Shown here piece after piece: positions 9,729-18,944 of a DNA stretch of 64,000 nt. Position numbers and translations under genes: made by a program. Numbering within the stretch: the first letter of the stretch is position 1; each line of letters opens with the position of its first letter. The DNA is from a candidate division FCPU426 bacterium (GTDB lineage Bacteria > Oederibacteriota > Muellerivitia > Muellerivitales > Muellerivitaceae): the NCBI GenBank assembly GCA_963847625.1, contig CAWKAR010000057.1, forward strand, positions 40,722 to 104,721, read 5' to 3'. Below the pieces are notes generated by a model. It was not told the origin of the DNA, did not search any database, and was given only the letters and a program-made list of their open reading frames with translations.

Positions 9729-10750
9729 ATGAATAAATACACAAAGTTTCTGGTTGGGGCGCTCATGGGCGCCACCCTGATGGGAGCCGGGGCTGCCGTG
9801 GCCGCCTCGCTGAACGGCGCGGGAGCCACCTTCCCCTATCCCATCTATTCCAAGTGGTTTTACGAGTACAACAAGAAGGCCGGGGTCGAGATCAACTACC
9901 AATCCATCGGTTCGGGCGGGGGAATCCAGCAGTTGACCAACGGAACCGTGGATTTCGGCGCCTCCGACGCCCCCATGTCGGATGAGCAGATGGCCAAGAT
10001 CAGCGGCGGGGTCCTGCATTTCCCCACCGTGGCCGGCGCGGTCGCCATCGCTTATAACCTCCCGGGAGTGGAAAAACTGAAACTGAACGCAGAGGTTTTG
10101 GAAGGCATTTACAGCGGCGGAATCACCAAGTGGAACGACCCGGCCATCGCTGAGTTGAACTCCGGCGCGAACCTGCCGGACACCGTCATCACGGTGGCGC
10201 ACCGCTCGGACGGCAGCGGAACCAGCAACATCTTCACCAACTACCTCACCAAGGTCAGCACCAAGTGGGCCACCTCCGTCGGGTTCGGCACCTCGGTGAA
10301 ATGGCCGGTGGGCGTGGGCGGGAAGGGCAACGAGGGCGTGGCGGGCCTGATCCAGCAGATTCCCGGGACCATCGGGTACGTGGAACTGGCCTACGCGGTC
10401 AAGAACAAACTGCCCTACGCCTCGATGAAGAACAAGGCCGGAAATTACGTGGTGCCTTCCGTGGAGTCCACCACCGCCGCGGCCGCAGGCGCCCTGCGCC
10501 ACATGCCGAAGGATTTCCGCGTGATGATCACCAACGCGGGGGGTGAAAATGCCTATCCCATCTGCGGGTTCACCTGGCTTTTAATCCCCAAGAACATTTC
10601 CAGACGCCGACAACGGCAAGGCCCTGGTGGATTTCCTCAAGTGGTACCTGGCCTCCGGCGAAGGACATGGCGGCGGATTTGATGTACGCGCCATTGCCTG
10701 AGTCGCTTGTCTCAAAAGTAAAGGCCCAAATCGAGCAGGTAAAGTACTAG
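9729..10750 (+). CDS. pstS: Phosphate ABC transporter substrate-binding protein (two apparent +1 indels near 10598 and 10661)
   Basis: GAGATFPYP, YQSIGSGGG, DFGASD, HRSDGSGTS. The C-terminus KALVDFLKW...YAPLPESLVSKVKAQIEQVKY* is recovered in shifted frames, ending TAG at 10750. Confidence 0.92.
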
Positions 10751-10900
10751 CAGGCTGCAAAAAAATAAAAATAGGCCACAAAGCAGCCTGCGACCCCAAA
10801 GATTCCGCAGGAATCGTGGGGTTTCCACAAATGTCGTCAGCTGAAAAAGACCGTTGTGGGGACTTTTTCAGCAACTTACTAATTTCAAAGCGGGGTTGAA

Positions 10901-11881
10901 TTGAACCGAGCAGCGGACATTACGGGGAACGGGGGGGCCGTCGAGGCCCCCCCTTTTTTTAAAAGATTCGGCGAAGTCGCGTTCATGGACAGCATCTTCC
11001 GGAAATTGACCGCTTTTTTCGCCTTCCTCATCCTTTTCCTGGCCGTCATGACGGCCTTCACCCTTTGGCACGCCTCCCTGCCCGCCATGCACAAGATGGG
11101 CTGGCGGTTCCTGACTTCCTCCGATTGGGACCCCGTCAACGGGATTTTCGGAGCGGTCCCTTACGTTTACGGCACACTGGCTTCATCGTTCATAGCGCTT
11201 TTGATCGCCACGCCTTTCGGGCTGGGCATCGCGCTTTTCCTCACCGAACTGGCTCCCATGAAGATGCGGGAGCCCGTGGCTTTCCTCGTGGAGATCCTGG
11301 CCGCCATCCCCAGCGTGGTTTACGGACTTTGGGGCATTTTCCTCCTGGCGCCCTTCATGCGCGTTCACGTGGACCCGTTCCTGATGAAGTTCCTCGGGGC
11401 CCCCTTTTTCAAGGGGCCTTCCACCGGACTGTCCCTCTTCACGGCGGGGGTAATCCTTTCCGTCATGATCCTTCCCACCATCACGGCCATCAGCCGCGAG
11501 GTGTTCGAGGCCGTGCCCAACAGCTTCCGGGAGTCCGCCAAGGCCCTGGGGGCCACGAGCTGGGAAACCATCCAACTGGCGGTGCTGAAACCCTCCAAGG
11601 TCGGGTTGCTGGGCGCCATTATGCTGGCCCTGGGCCGGGCCCTGGGGGAAACCATGGCGGTCACCATGGTCATCGGCAACCGGCCCCAGGTCTCCATGAA
11701 CCTGCTGGACCCCTCCCACAGCATGGCCAGCGTCATCGCCAACGAGTTTTCCGAGGCGGTGGGGGACATTCATATCGCGGCCCTGGCAGAAATCGGCCTT
11801 TTATTGATGGTCATCACCTTGATTTTAAACATCGTGGCCCACCTGTTGGTATGGTTCACGACGTCGAAATTCCAAAGATGA
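10901..11881 (+). CDS. pstC: Phosphate ABC permease
   Basis: ILAAIPSVVYGLWG, LGRALGETMAVTMVIGN; start may be further downstream (MDSIF). Confidence 0.93.
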   Translation: MNRAADITGNGGAVEAPPFFKRFGEVAFMDSIFRKLTAFFAFLILFLAVMTAFTLWHASLPAMHKMGWRFLTSSDWDPVNGIFGAVPYVYGTLASSFIALLIATPFGLGIALFLTELAPMKMREPVAFLVEILAAIPSVVYGLWGIFLLAPFMRVHVDPFLMKFLGAPFFKGPSTGLSLFTAGVILSVMILPTITAISREVFEAVPNSFRESAKALGATSWETIQLAVLKPSKVGLLGAIMLALGRALGETMAVTMVIGNRPQVSMNLLDPSHSMASVIANEFSEAVGDIHIAALAEIGLLLMVITLILNIVAHLLVWFTTSKFQR

Positions 11882-11914
11882 GGCGGCCGAAGGCCTGAAA
11901 AAAGGAAGTAGTCA

Positions 11915-12766
11915 ATGTTTGAGCATCACTTGAAAAGAAAAATAATCGACAAGGCCATGGTGTTCCTCTGTGGTTTCGCGGCATTCATCGCCATGATTCC
12001 GCTGTTGAGCCTGTTAGCTTACGTCCTGATCCAGGGCTTCAAGCGGTTGAATTGGACCTTTCTCACGAGCCTTCCCACCCCGGTGGGCGTGACGGGCGGG
12101 GGAATGGCCAATTCCATCCTGGGCACCTTGACGCTGGTCTTGATCGCCTCCTGTGTGGGCCTGCCCATCGGCATTTTAGCGGGAGTCTACCTCTCGGAAT
12201 TCGGCAAGAAGAACAAGTTCGCCTGGATGGTCCGCTTCACGGCGGACGTGCTCTCCGGGGTCCCCTCCATCGTGACGGGCATCGTGGCCTATGCCCTGAT
12301 CGTCAGGCCCATGCACAACTTCTCCGCGCTGGCGGGAGGGGTGGCCCTGGGGTTCATGATGATCCCCATCGTCACGCGCACGACCGAGGAACTGGTCAAG
12401 ATGGTGCCCCATTCCATCCGGGAGGCCTCCTGGGCGCTGGGCGTGCCCCAATCCACGACCATCCTGAAAGTGGTGATCCGAACCGCCAAGAACGGCATCC
12501 TGACCGGGGTCCTTCTTTCCATCGCCCGCATCGCGGGGGAGACCGCGCCGCTCCTCTTCACGGCCTTCAACAACCAGTTCTGGCCCAGGGGAATCAACGA
12601 ACCCACGGCTTCCCTGACGGTGCAGGTTTTTACCTACGCCATCTCGCCCTTCAAGGATTGGCAGGACCAGGCTTGGACCGGGGCCCTGGTTCTTTTGTGC
12701 CTGGTGCTGGCCATCAACGGGGCCGCGAAGATGTTTTTCAAGAACCCCAGGGAACTTTTGCGGTGA
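11915..12766 (+). CDS. pstA: Phosphate ABC permease
   Basis: DVLSGVPSIVTG, ARIAGETAPLLFTA. Confidence 0.94.
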   Translation: MFEHHLKRKIIDKAMVFLCGFAAFIAMIPLLSLLAYVLIQGFKRLNWTFLTSLPTPVGVTGGGMANSILGTLTLVLIASCVGLPIGILAGVYLSEFGKKNKFAWMVRFTADVLSGVPSIVTGIVAYALIVRPMHNFSALAGGVALGFMMIPIVTRTTEELVKMVPHSIREASWALGVPQSTTILKVVIRTAKNGILTGVLLSIARIAGETAPLLFTAFNNQFWPRGINEPTASLTVQVFTYAISPFKDWQDQAWTGALVLLCLVLAINGAAKMFFKNPRELLR

Positions 12767-12864
12767 CCGGTATGGCGGGCGGTACTGGAAAACCGCTGAA
12801 TTTATGAAAGCGAATGATCAATAAAAGCGCTGGGTTGAAATCCGGTTTTAAGTGGGGAGAGAAT

Positions 12865-13741
12865 ATGCTCGAGGAAATGACCAAAAAAGGGGAAGAAAAG
12901 AGGACCCAAGTGGAACCCGAAACCGAGAAAAAAGAAGCCCGCAAGATCGAGGTGCCGCACCAGGCCCCTTCCACCTTGGAATTGAAGGTCAAAATGACCG
13001 CGAACGAAGCCAGCGCCTGGTTCGGCGACAAACAGGCCCTTTATTCCGTGGAAATGGATATCCGCGAGAAGGAAGTCACCGCCATCATCGGGCCCTCGGG
13101 ATGCGGCAAGTCCACCTTGATCCGCTGTTTCAACCGCATGCACGAAACCGTCGCGGACTCCCGTTTTTCCGGTGACGTCACCCTGGACGGCAGGAGCATT
13201 TATGGCAAGTCCATGGACCCGGTGGATGGTCCGCCGCCGCGTGGGGATGGTGTTCCAGAAACCCACGCCCTTTCCCACCCTTTCCATCTACGACAACGTG
13301 GCGGCGGGCCTGCGCTTGAACGGGGTGAGCGACAAGAAGCGCCTGGACGAGGCCATGGAAAAGAGCCTCCGCAAGGCCGCGCTTTGGGAGGAAGTCAAGG
13401 ATTCCCTCCAAAAGCCGGGGGCGGCGCTTTCCGGCGGCCAACAGCAAAGGCTTTGCATCGCCCGCGCGCTCGCGGTGGATTTGGAGGTTCTTCTCATGGA
13501 CGAGCCCTGCTCGGCCCTGGACCCCATTTCCACGTCGAAAGTGGAGGAACTCATCCACGAATTGAGGCAGAATTACACCATCATCATCGTCACCCACAAC
13601 ATGCAGCAGGCCGCGCGGGTTTCCCAGAAGACCGCCTTCATGCTCAACGGGAAGCTTATCGAGTACGACTCCACCGAGAAGGTGTTCACCAACCCGGCCA
13701 ACAAGCTGACGGAAGACTACATCACGGGGCGTTTCGGCTGA
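12865..13741 (+). CDS. pstB: Phosphate ABC ATPase (apparent +1 indel near 13225)
   Basis: Walker [10 protein letters not shown] in ORF 12814; [27 protein letters not shown] and YITGRFG in ORF 13172. Confidence 0.92.
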
Positions 13742-13784
13742 ACCGCGGAACCGCGCGGAAAACACGGAAACTGAGGAGCGGGTA

Positions 13785-14441
13785 ATGGAAATTTTATTCG
13801 ACGAGGAACTGGCCGTCCTGAAGGAAAAGCTTCTTCTGATGGGAAGCAAGGTGGAGGAATCCATCCGGCTGGCCATGAAATCCATCGTGGACCGGGACTC
13901 CAAGCTGGCGCGGAGGGTCATGCAAAGCGACCGGGACATCAACGACCTGGAAATCGAGGTGGACGAGATCTGCCACCGGCTCCTGGCCCTTCACCAGCCC
14001 ATGGCCGGCGACATGCGCTTCATCACCAGCTCCATGAAGATCAACTCGGACCTGGAACGCATGGGCGACCTGGCCGTCAACATCTGCGAGCGGGCCCTGA
14101 CCCTGAACGAGGTGGCCCCCCTGAAACCCCTTATCGACATCCCGCACCTGGCCATCATCGCACAGGAAATGGTCAAGGTGTCCCTGGATTCCCTGGTGAA
14201 CCGCGATGCCGCTATGGCCAGGAAGGTCTGCGAGCGCGACGACGAGGTGGACAACCTAAACGACCAGCTTATCCGGGAGCTCATTACCTTCATGCTGGAG
14301 GACCGGGCCAACATCAAAAGAGGCCTGGACCTTATTTTGGTATCCCGCTACCTGGAGCGCATCGCCGACCACTCCACCAACGTGGCCGAGGACGTGATCT
14401 ACATGGTGATGGGCAAGGATATCCGCCATCACCGGGGATGA
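13785..14441 (+). CDS. phoU: Phosphate signalling protein PhoU
   Basis: DLERMGDLAVNI and YLERIADHSTNVAE repeats. Confidence 0.95.
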   Translation: MEILFDEELAVLKEKLLLMGSKVEESIRLAMKSIVDRDSKLARRVMQSDRDINDLEIEVDEICHRLLALHQPMAGDMRFITSSMKINSDLERMGDLAVNICERALTLNEVAPLKPLIDIPHLAIIAQEMVKVSLDSLVNRDAAMARKVCERDDEVDNLNDQLIRELITFMLEDRANIKRGLDLILVSRYLERIADHSTNVAEDVIYMVMGKDIRHHRG

Positions 14442-14498
14442 ATCAACCAGGAACTTACGGGAAGATGGTTTTAAAAATTAGTAGTATCTCAGTTTGGG

Positions 14499-14627
14499 TG
14501 TCATTGCGAGAAATGCCCGCCGAATAGGCGGGCGTTTATGACAGGCTTGAAGTAGTTGGCCTGAAATTTAGGCCAACCATACTTGGCCCAAAGGGCCAAC
14601 GTACAACCTAAGTTTAAATAATGCCTG
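14499..14627 (-). repeat. Multi-hairpin dispersed repeat family B, copy 1
   Basis: Reverse complement matches 48275-48403 and 18778-18915 (TTGGCCC..GGGCCAA, TTGGCCT..AGGCCAA, TCGCAATGRCA end). Confidence 0.85.
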
Positions 14628-14632
14628 AGAAT

Positions 14633-15952
14633 TTACTCCAAGGCCATTGGCAGCATCACCGTAAAGGTGCTTCCCTTCCCCGCTTCGCTTTTCAGGACCA
14701 CTTCGCCGTTCATCTTCTCCACCAGGTGCTTGACGATGGAAAGCCCCAGGCCCGTGCCCCCGGCCTCCCGGCTCCTGGATACATCCACCCTGAAAAACCT
14801 CTCGAAAATCCGGGGTTGCGCCTCCGGGTGTATCCCCGGTCCGTGGTCCTCCACCGACAATTCCATCCGGCCGTCCGGCCGCTGGGCAGCGTAAAGCCGG
14901 ATATCGGTTTTTCCGGGTGAATACTTCACCGCGTTGTCCAGAAGGTTCTCGAATACCTGGAATAACCCCTCCCGGTGCGCCTGGACCCGGACACCCAATG
15001 GTATCTCCTGGTGAATGACGATCTCCTTGGCCTCCCACTTGGCCTTCAAAAGCTCGACGGCTTGTTGGGCCACTTCGGCCGGCTCCACCGGCTCCATGGA
15101 GGTGATGTAAAGCCCGCTTTCGATCTTGGACAGTTCCAGGACGTCGGTGATGAGGGCGTTCAAGCGTTGGGCCTGGTCGGAGATCTTCTTCAGGAACTGG
15201 CTCCGGTTCTTCTTGTCCTCCATGGCGCCGGAAAGAAGCGTCTCCACGTAACCCAAAATGCCGGTCAAGGGCGTTCGCAACTCATGGGACACGTTGGCCA
15301 CGAACTCGGTTCTCATGCGCATCAGGCGTTTCAGGGAAGTGATGTCCGAGAACACCACGATCTGGCCCAATAGGGTTCCTTCCGCCACCTTTACCGCCGC
15401 CACGCTGACGGCGAAATGCTTCTCGTCCTTCCCGGAGAACTCAATCTCACCCGTGGCCCTGCCCTGGGTCTTGGACTGGGCCAGGAGGTCCGCCAGGACC
15501 GGGTGGCGAACCACCTCCAGGTAATGCTTGCCCAGGTGGTCCTTTTCCAGGGTTTCCAGGATTTTTTCCGCGGAAGGATTCATGAGCACGATCCGGTCGG
15601 CCTGGTTCAAAAGGAGGACCCCCTCCCCCATGCTGTTCAGGATGACGTTCAGCATGGTCTCGTTGGAACCGAGCCTCTGGAGCATCTCCTCGAAATTTCG
15701 GCCGGGGATGAAAACATCCCTTTCACTCAATGAAGCGGGAACCGAGGATTCCACAGATGGCAGGGTATTTGTATTTTCCGCCTGGTCCGCGTTCGCGGGA
15801 TGGAGGAAAAAAAGCATGACCAGGCTCACCCCCATTCCCAGGATGAGTAAAGAGGCCGAGTACCATTCCAGGAGCTTCAGGGACCCGAGGAATACGGCCA
15901 GGGCGATGGCCAGGAGAAAGGCCGTCCAGAAAAGGCGGTTGGAGGATTTCAT
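14633..15952 (-). CDS. phoR: Phosphate regulon sensor kinase
   Basis: Two TM segments, PAS, EFVANVSHELRTPLT, NLLDNAVKY, RSREAGGTGLGL. Confidence 0.9.
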   Translation of the reverse strand: MKSSNRLFWTAFLLAIALAVFLGSLKLLEWYSASLLILGMGVSLVMLFFLHPANADQAENTNTLPSVESSVPASLSERDVFIPGRNFEEMLQRLGSNETMLNVILNSMGEGVLLLNQADRIVLMNPSAEKILETLEKDHLGKHYLEVVRHPVLADLLAQSKTQGRATGEIEFSGKDEKHFAVSVAAVKVAEGTLLGQIVVFSDITSLKRLMRMRTEFVANVSHELRTPLTGILGYVETLLSGAMEDKKNRSQFLKKISDQAQRLNALITDVLELSKIESGLYITSMEPVEPAEVAQQAVELLKAKWEAKEIVIHQEIPLGVRVQAHREGLFQVFENLLDNAVKYSPGKTDIRLYAAQRPDGRMELSVEDHGPGIHPEAQPRIFERFFRVDVSRSREAGGTGLGLSIVKHLVEKMNGEVVLKSEAGKGSTFTVMLPMALE

Positions 15953-16017
15953 GTGTGAGCCACGTTAGCAAACAATGGGGTCGGGATCAATTTGTAAGAA
16001 GCAGGATTCAGGATGGT

Positions 16018-16701
16018 TTAAACCTCTTCCTTGAACATATAGCCATAGCCCTTGACCGTCTGGATATTTTTTTCATAGGGGCCTAGTTTTTCCCTGAGCC
16101 GCCGCACATGGACGTCCACGGTCCGGGTGGTTCCAAAGTAATCGTAACCCCAAACGTTGTTTAAAAGGACGTCCCTGGAAAGGACCCGGCCGGAATGGGT
16201 GAGGAAATAATCCAGGAGTTCGAATTCCTTGGCGGTCAAATCCATCTTTTGGTTCTTCAGGGACACCTCATGCTTGACCCTGTTTAAGATCAAGTCCTTG
16301 AATTTCTGGACCGCTTCCCCCTCCTGGGCCTTGGAAAACCGCCTCAACACGGCCCGAATCCGCGCCAGCAATTCCTTGACGGAGAAAGGTTTGGTGACAT
16401 AGTCGTCCGCGCCCAACTCCAACCCCACGATCTTGTCCGATTCCTCTCCTTTGGCTGTCAGCATGACTACGGGGATATGGGAAGTCTTGGAATTGGCCTT
16501 CAAAGCCTTGCAGACCGTCAAACCGTCCGTCTTGGGAAGCATCAGGTCCAGCAGGACCAAATCCGGCATTTTCTCCGGGATTTTTTTCAAGGCGGCCTCG
16601 CCGTCCATTTCCGAGAGAACGCGGTAGCCGTCCTTTTCCAGGTTGTAAGTTAGAAGCTCAACCAGGTCCTTCTCGTCTTCCACGACGAATATTTGTTTCA
16701 T
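16018..16701 (-). CDS. phoB: OmpR-family response regulator PhoB/PhoP
   Basis: VLLDLMLP, GADDYVTKPF, RTVDVHVRRLREKL; adjacent to phoR and pst. Confidence 0.88.
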   Translation of the reverse strand: MKQIFVVEDEKDLVELLTYNLEKDGYRVLSEMDGEAALKKIPEKMPDLVLLDLMLPKTDGLTVCKALKANSKTSHIPVVMLTAKGEESDKIVGLELGADDYVTKPFSVKELLARIRAVLRRFSKAQEGEAVQKFKDLILNRVKHEVSLKNQKMDLTAKEFELLDYFLTHSGRVLSRDVLLNNVWGYDYFGTTRTVDVHVRRLREKLGPYEKNIQTVKGYGYMFKEEV

Positions 16702-16789
16702 TGGCGCCTTTCCCCGGAAAGAGGGTGATAGGGAACGGGAGCATTCCGGGTTTCAAGCATGGATTATAAACAGGGGGTTAAAAGTTGAT

Positions 16790-16896
16790 TGTTAATTACT
16801 TGTAAAACCCCACAGATGTGCTTATTTCAAGTTAATTTGGGTATTCATGGGCTTACTTTCAAGTCCAAGTCACACGGATTTTAACCTCTTATTTAC
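16790..16896. promoter_or_regulatory. Divergent Pho-box-like pairs
   Basis: Minus strand TTTACA (16806-16801) and TTAACA (16795-16790); plus strand TTTAAC 16880 and ATTTAC 16891; both pairs 11 bp apart. Confidence 0.5.
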
Positions 16897-16965
16897 CTTC
16901 CGTTCAAACAAACCGTCATTCCATTTCCTATCCTTTCGACATTAAAACGAATAAGGAGCCATTCC

Positions 16966-17358
16966 ATGAAAAAAATCATGTTGATCGATTCCGATATCCT
17001 ACATCTTCGGGAGATGAACAATGTTTTATCCGGGGATTTTAATGTCCTGATTTGCAGTCGCGGACATAAAGCCTGGGACTTGTACAATTTATTCAACCCC
17101 GACGCCCTCGTCCTAGACCCCACCGCGGCCGGATTGGATACATCTGATTTCTTCCCCCGAATCCGGAAGAAATCCTGGCCTAATTCCATACCCATTATCG
17201 CCACGACGCGGTTGAACACCCTTCAGCACATCGAGAGGAGCTTTGATTGGGGCGCGGATATCGTCTTTTCCAAGCCCTGCGAAGGGGAAAGAATCCGGAA
17301 TAAACTCTTGGAATTACTTTCCAGAGGGGAATCCCCCAGAGAATTGGCCCTGGCTTAA
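16966..17358 (+). CDS. Single-domain response regulator receiver, atypical
   Basis: KIMLIDSD, PDALVLD, GADIVFSKP. Confidence 0.8.
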   Translation: MKKIMLIDSDILHLREMNNVLSGDFNVLICSRGHKAWDLYNLFNPDALVLDPTAAGLDTSDFFPRIRKKSWPNSIPIIATTRLNTLQHIERSFDWGADIVFSKPCEGERIRNKLLELLSRGESPRELALA

Positions 17359-17432
17359 ACCAGCCAGCTGACTGAAAACGTTAAAACCGTTTTAATCCCC
17401 ATTCTTTTCACGGGCGATAAACCGTTTCCAGT

Positions 17433-17449
17433 TTTAACCTAGATTTAAC
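17433..17449 (+). promoter_or_regulatory. Pho-box-like pair upstream of the PHP gene
   Basis: TTTAAC 17433 and TTTAAC 17444. Confidence 0.6.
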
Positions 17450-17495
17450 CTGTCTCGGATGGATATCTAACGGGTGTTTTCTAATCTTTGATTAT

Positions 17496-18206
17496 ATGGC
17501 TAGAGCCGATTTACACCTACACACTGACTTCTCCGACGGGCTCCACACCCCGCGCCAGGTCGTCCAATCCGCCTCTAGGGCCGGCCTTCAAATCATCGCT
17601 GTGACCGACCATGACACCCTAGAAGGCGCCTTTCGGGCTCAGGAATATTCCCACCGGCGTCCGGACCTGGGTGTGAAAGTGGTATTAGGCGAGGAAATCA
17701 GCACCTTGAACGGTCATGTGATCGGCGTCTTCCTGGAAAAGTTCATTCCGGCGCGGCTGTCGGCCAAACGCACGGTGGAACTCATCCACCAGCAGGGCGG
17801 GATCGCCATCCTGGCCCATCCCTACCATATTTATACCGGCAGGTCCGGAGCCGAACCCCGGGCCGTCGAATTAATCGATGAGATACCCTTTGACGGAATC
17901 GAGACGGTCAACCATGGGGACGCGCTTTCCTTCTGGTCCAACCGGAAGGCGCTCAAATCCCTGGCCCACCGTCCCATTGCCCAAATCGGGTGTAGCGATG
18001 CCCATAACGCTAGATTCATTGGGATGGGATACACCGAGTTCGCGGGAAATAGTCCCGAGGATCTTAAACGCGCCATACTGAAACGCGAAACCCGGGCCTG
18101 CTACCATCGGGCCTGGAGAGTGAAGGATATCCTCATCCACTTAAAAGACACCGCCCCCGTCCTGAGGCGCTATTCCAAGATAATGGGCGAAGCCGCCCAA
18201 GTTTGA
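17496..18206 (+). CDS. PHP-domain metal-dependent phosphoesterase
   Basis: DLHLHTDFSDG, AVTDHDT, GEEIST..GH, LAHP, CSDAH. Confidence 0.9.
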   Translation: MARADLHLHTDFSDGLHTPRQVVQSASRAGLQIIAVTDHDTLEGAFRAQEYSHRRPDLGVKVVLGEEISTLNGHVIGVFLEKFIPARLSAKRTVELIHQQGGIAILAHPYHIYTGRSGAEPRAVELIDEIPFDGIETVNHGDALSFWSNRKALKSLAHRPIAQIGCSDAHNARFIGMGYTEFAGNSPEDLKRAILKRETRACYHRAWRVKDILIHLKDTAPVLRRYSKIMGEAAQV

Positions 18207-18283
18207 TAGGTTAACGGGTTCCGTTTAATGGGTTAACCGGCGTATGCCACCAAGAAAACCCAGCACAGATTTCTTATAAATCT

Positions 18284-18600
18284 GCGCCGATCTACCTTAA
18301 AGAGATATTGAGATCGGTGCTATACCAGCCACTTTAAATTTTTTATGGAGGGCTGGCATGCGCTGGCAAGCATCGCCTTCGGCTTGTGCCGATTCATCTA
18401 AGCGTTATGCCCGGGGTAATTGTAGGAAATCGGTACTATACCGACCTCCTAACAGTTTTACGGTTGGTCGATATGTAGCCTCGGGCGGCCAGCCCATGCC
18501 GACGGAAAACCGCTATTCACCACATGCCAGCCTTCAATTAAGCATTAAATGGGGCTGGTATTGTATCGATCTCAATATTTCTTTATGGAAGATTGGCACA
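18284..18600. repeat. Family A hairpin doublets, three copies (18284-18360, 18386-18475, inverted 18523-18600)
   Basis: GYGCCGAT..ATCGGTRC-TAT-ACCRRCC..GGYYGRYAT architecture; homologous to the copies at 48.5-48.8, 60.7-61.3 and 62.2 kb. Confidence 0.85.
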
Positions 18601-18777
18601 GGGACTCAGAGACCCAAATAAAAGAATAACCCTGCAGCTTAGATTGAGGCCGGTAAGTTATATGGAAATGATTAAAATATAGGGGTTTCAGGCCCCCTTT
18701 AATTGCCGGGTCCCTTCCTATGGCGTAAAATCACCTAATGAAAATCATTAGATTTATAAATCCCAAAAAGAAGACTC

Positions 18778-18915
18778 AACTGGGGTTGTACGTTGGCCCT
18801 TGGGGCCAAGCACCCTTGTCCTGAATTTCAGGACAAGGGCTTCAAACCTGTCGCAATCCACTGGCTGGGCCTGCAAGTGGCCCAGCCCCGATTGGGGCAG
18901 CTTCTCGCAATGACA
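18778..18915 (+). repeat. Family B repeat, copy 2 (diverged)
   Basis: GTTGTACGTTGGCCCTTGGGGCCAAG, CCCTTGTCCTGAATTTCAGGACAAGGG, ending CTCGCAATGACA. Confidence 0.8.
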
Positions 18916-18944
18916 GATATTTATAAAAATTAAAAAAGGTTTCC

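Noticed and set aside
10751..10875. Stem-loops between pstS and pstC
   Set aside because: Inter-cistronic hairpins after pstS are ordinary mRNA-stabilising features, and I saw no second copy in the window.
14568..15038. Alternative-frame ORFs overlapping phoR, kdpD, pst and ech genes
   Set aside because: Typical GC-rich off-frame ORFs with no motifs.
18358..18621. Short ORFs within repeat clusters (also 48669..48869 and 60750..60950)
   Set aside because: Their mutual similarity comes from the DNA repeats, and the covariation points to nucleic-acid structure rather than protein coding.
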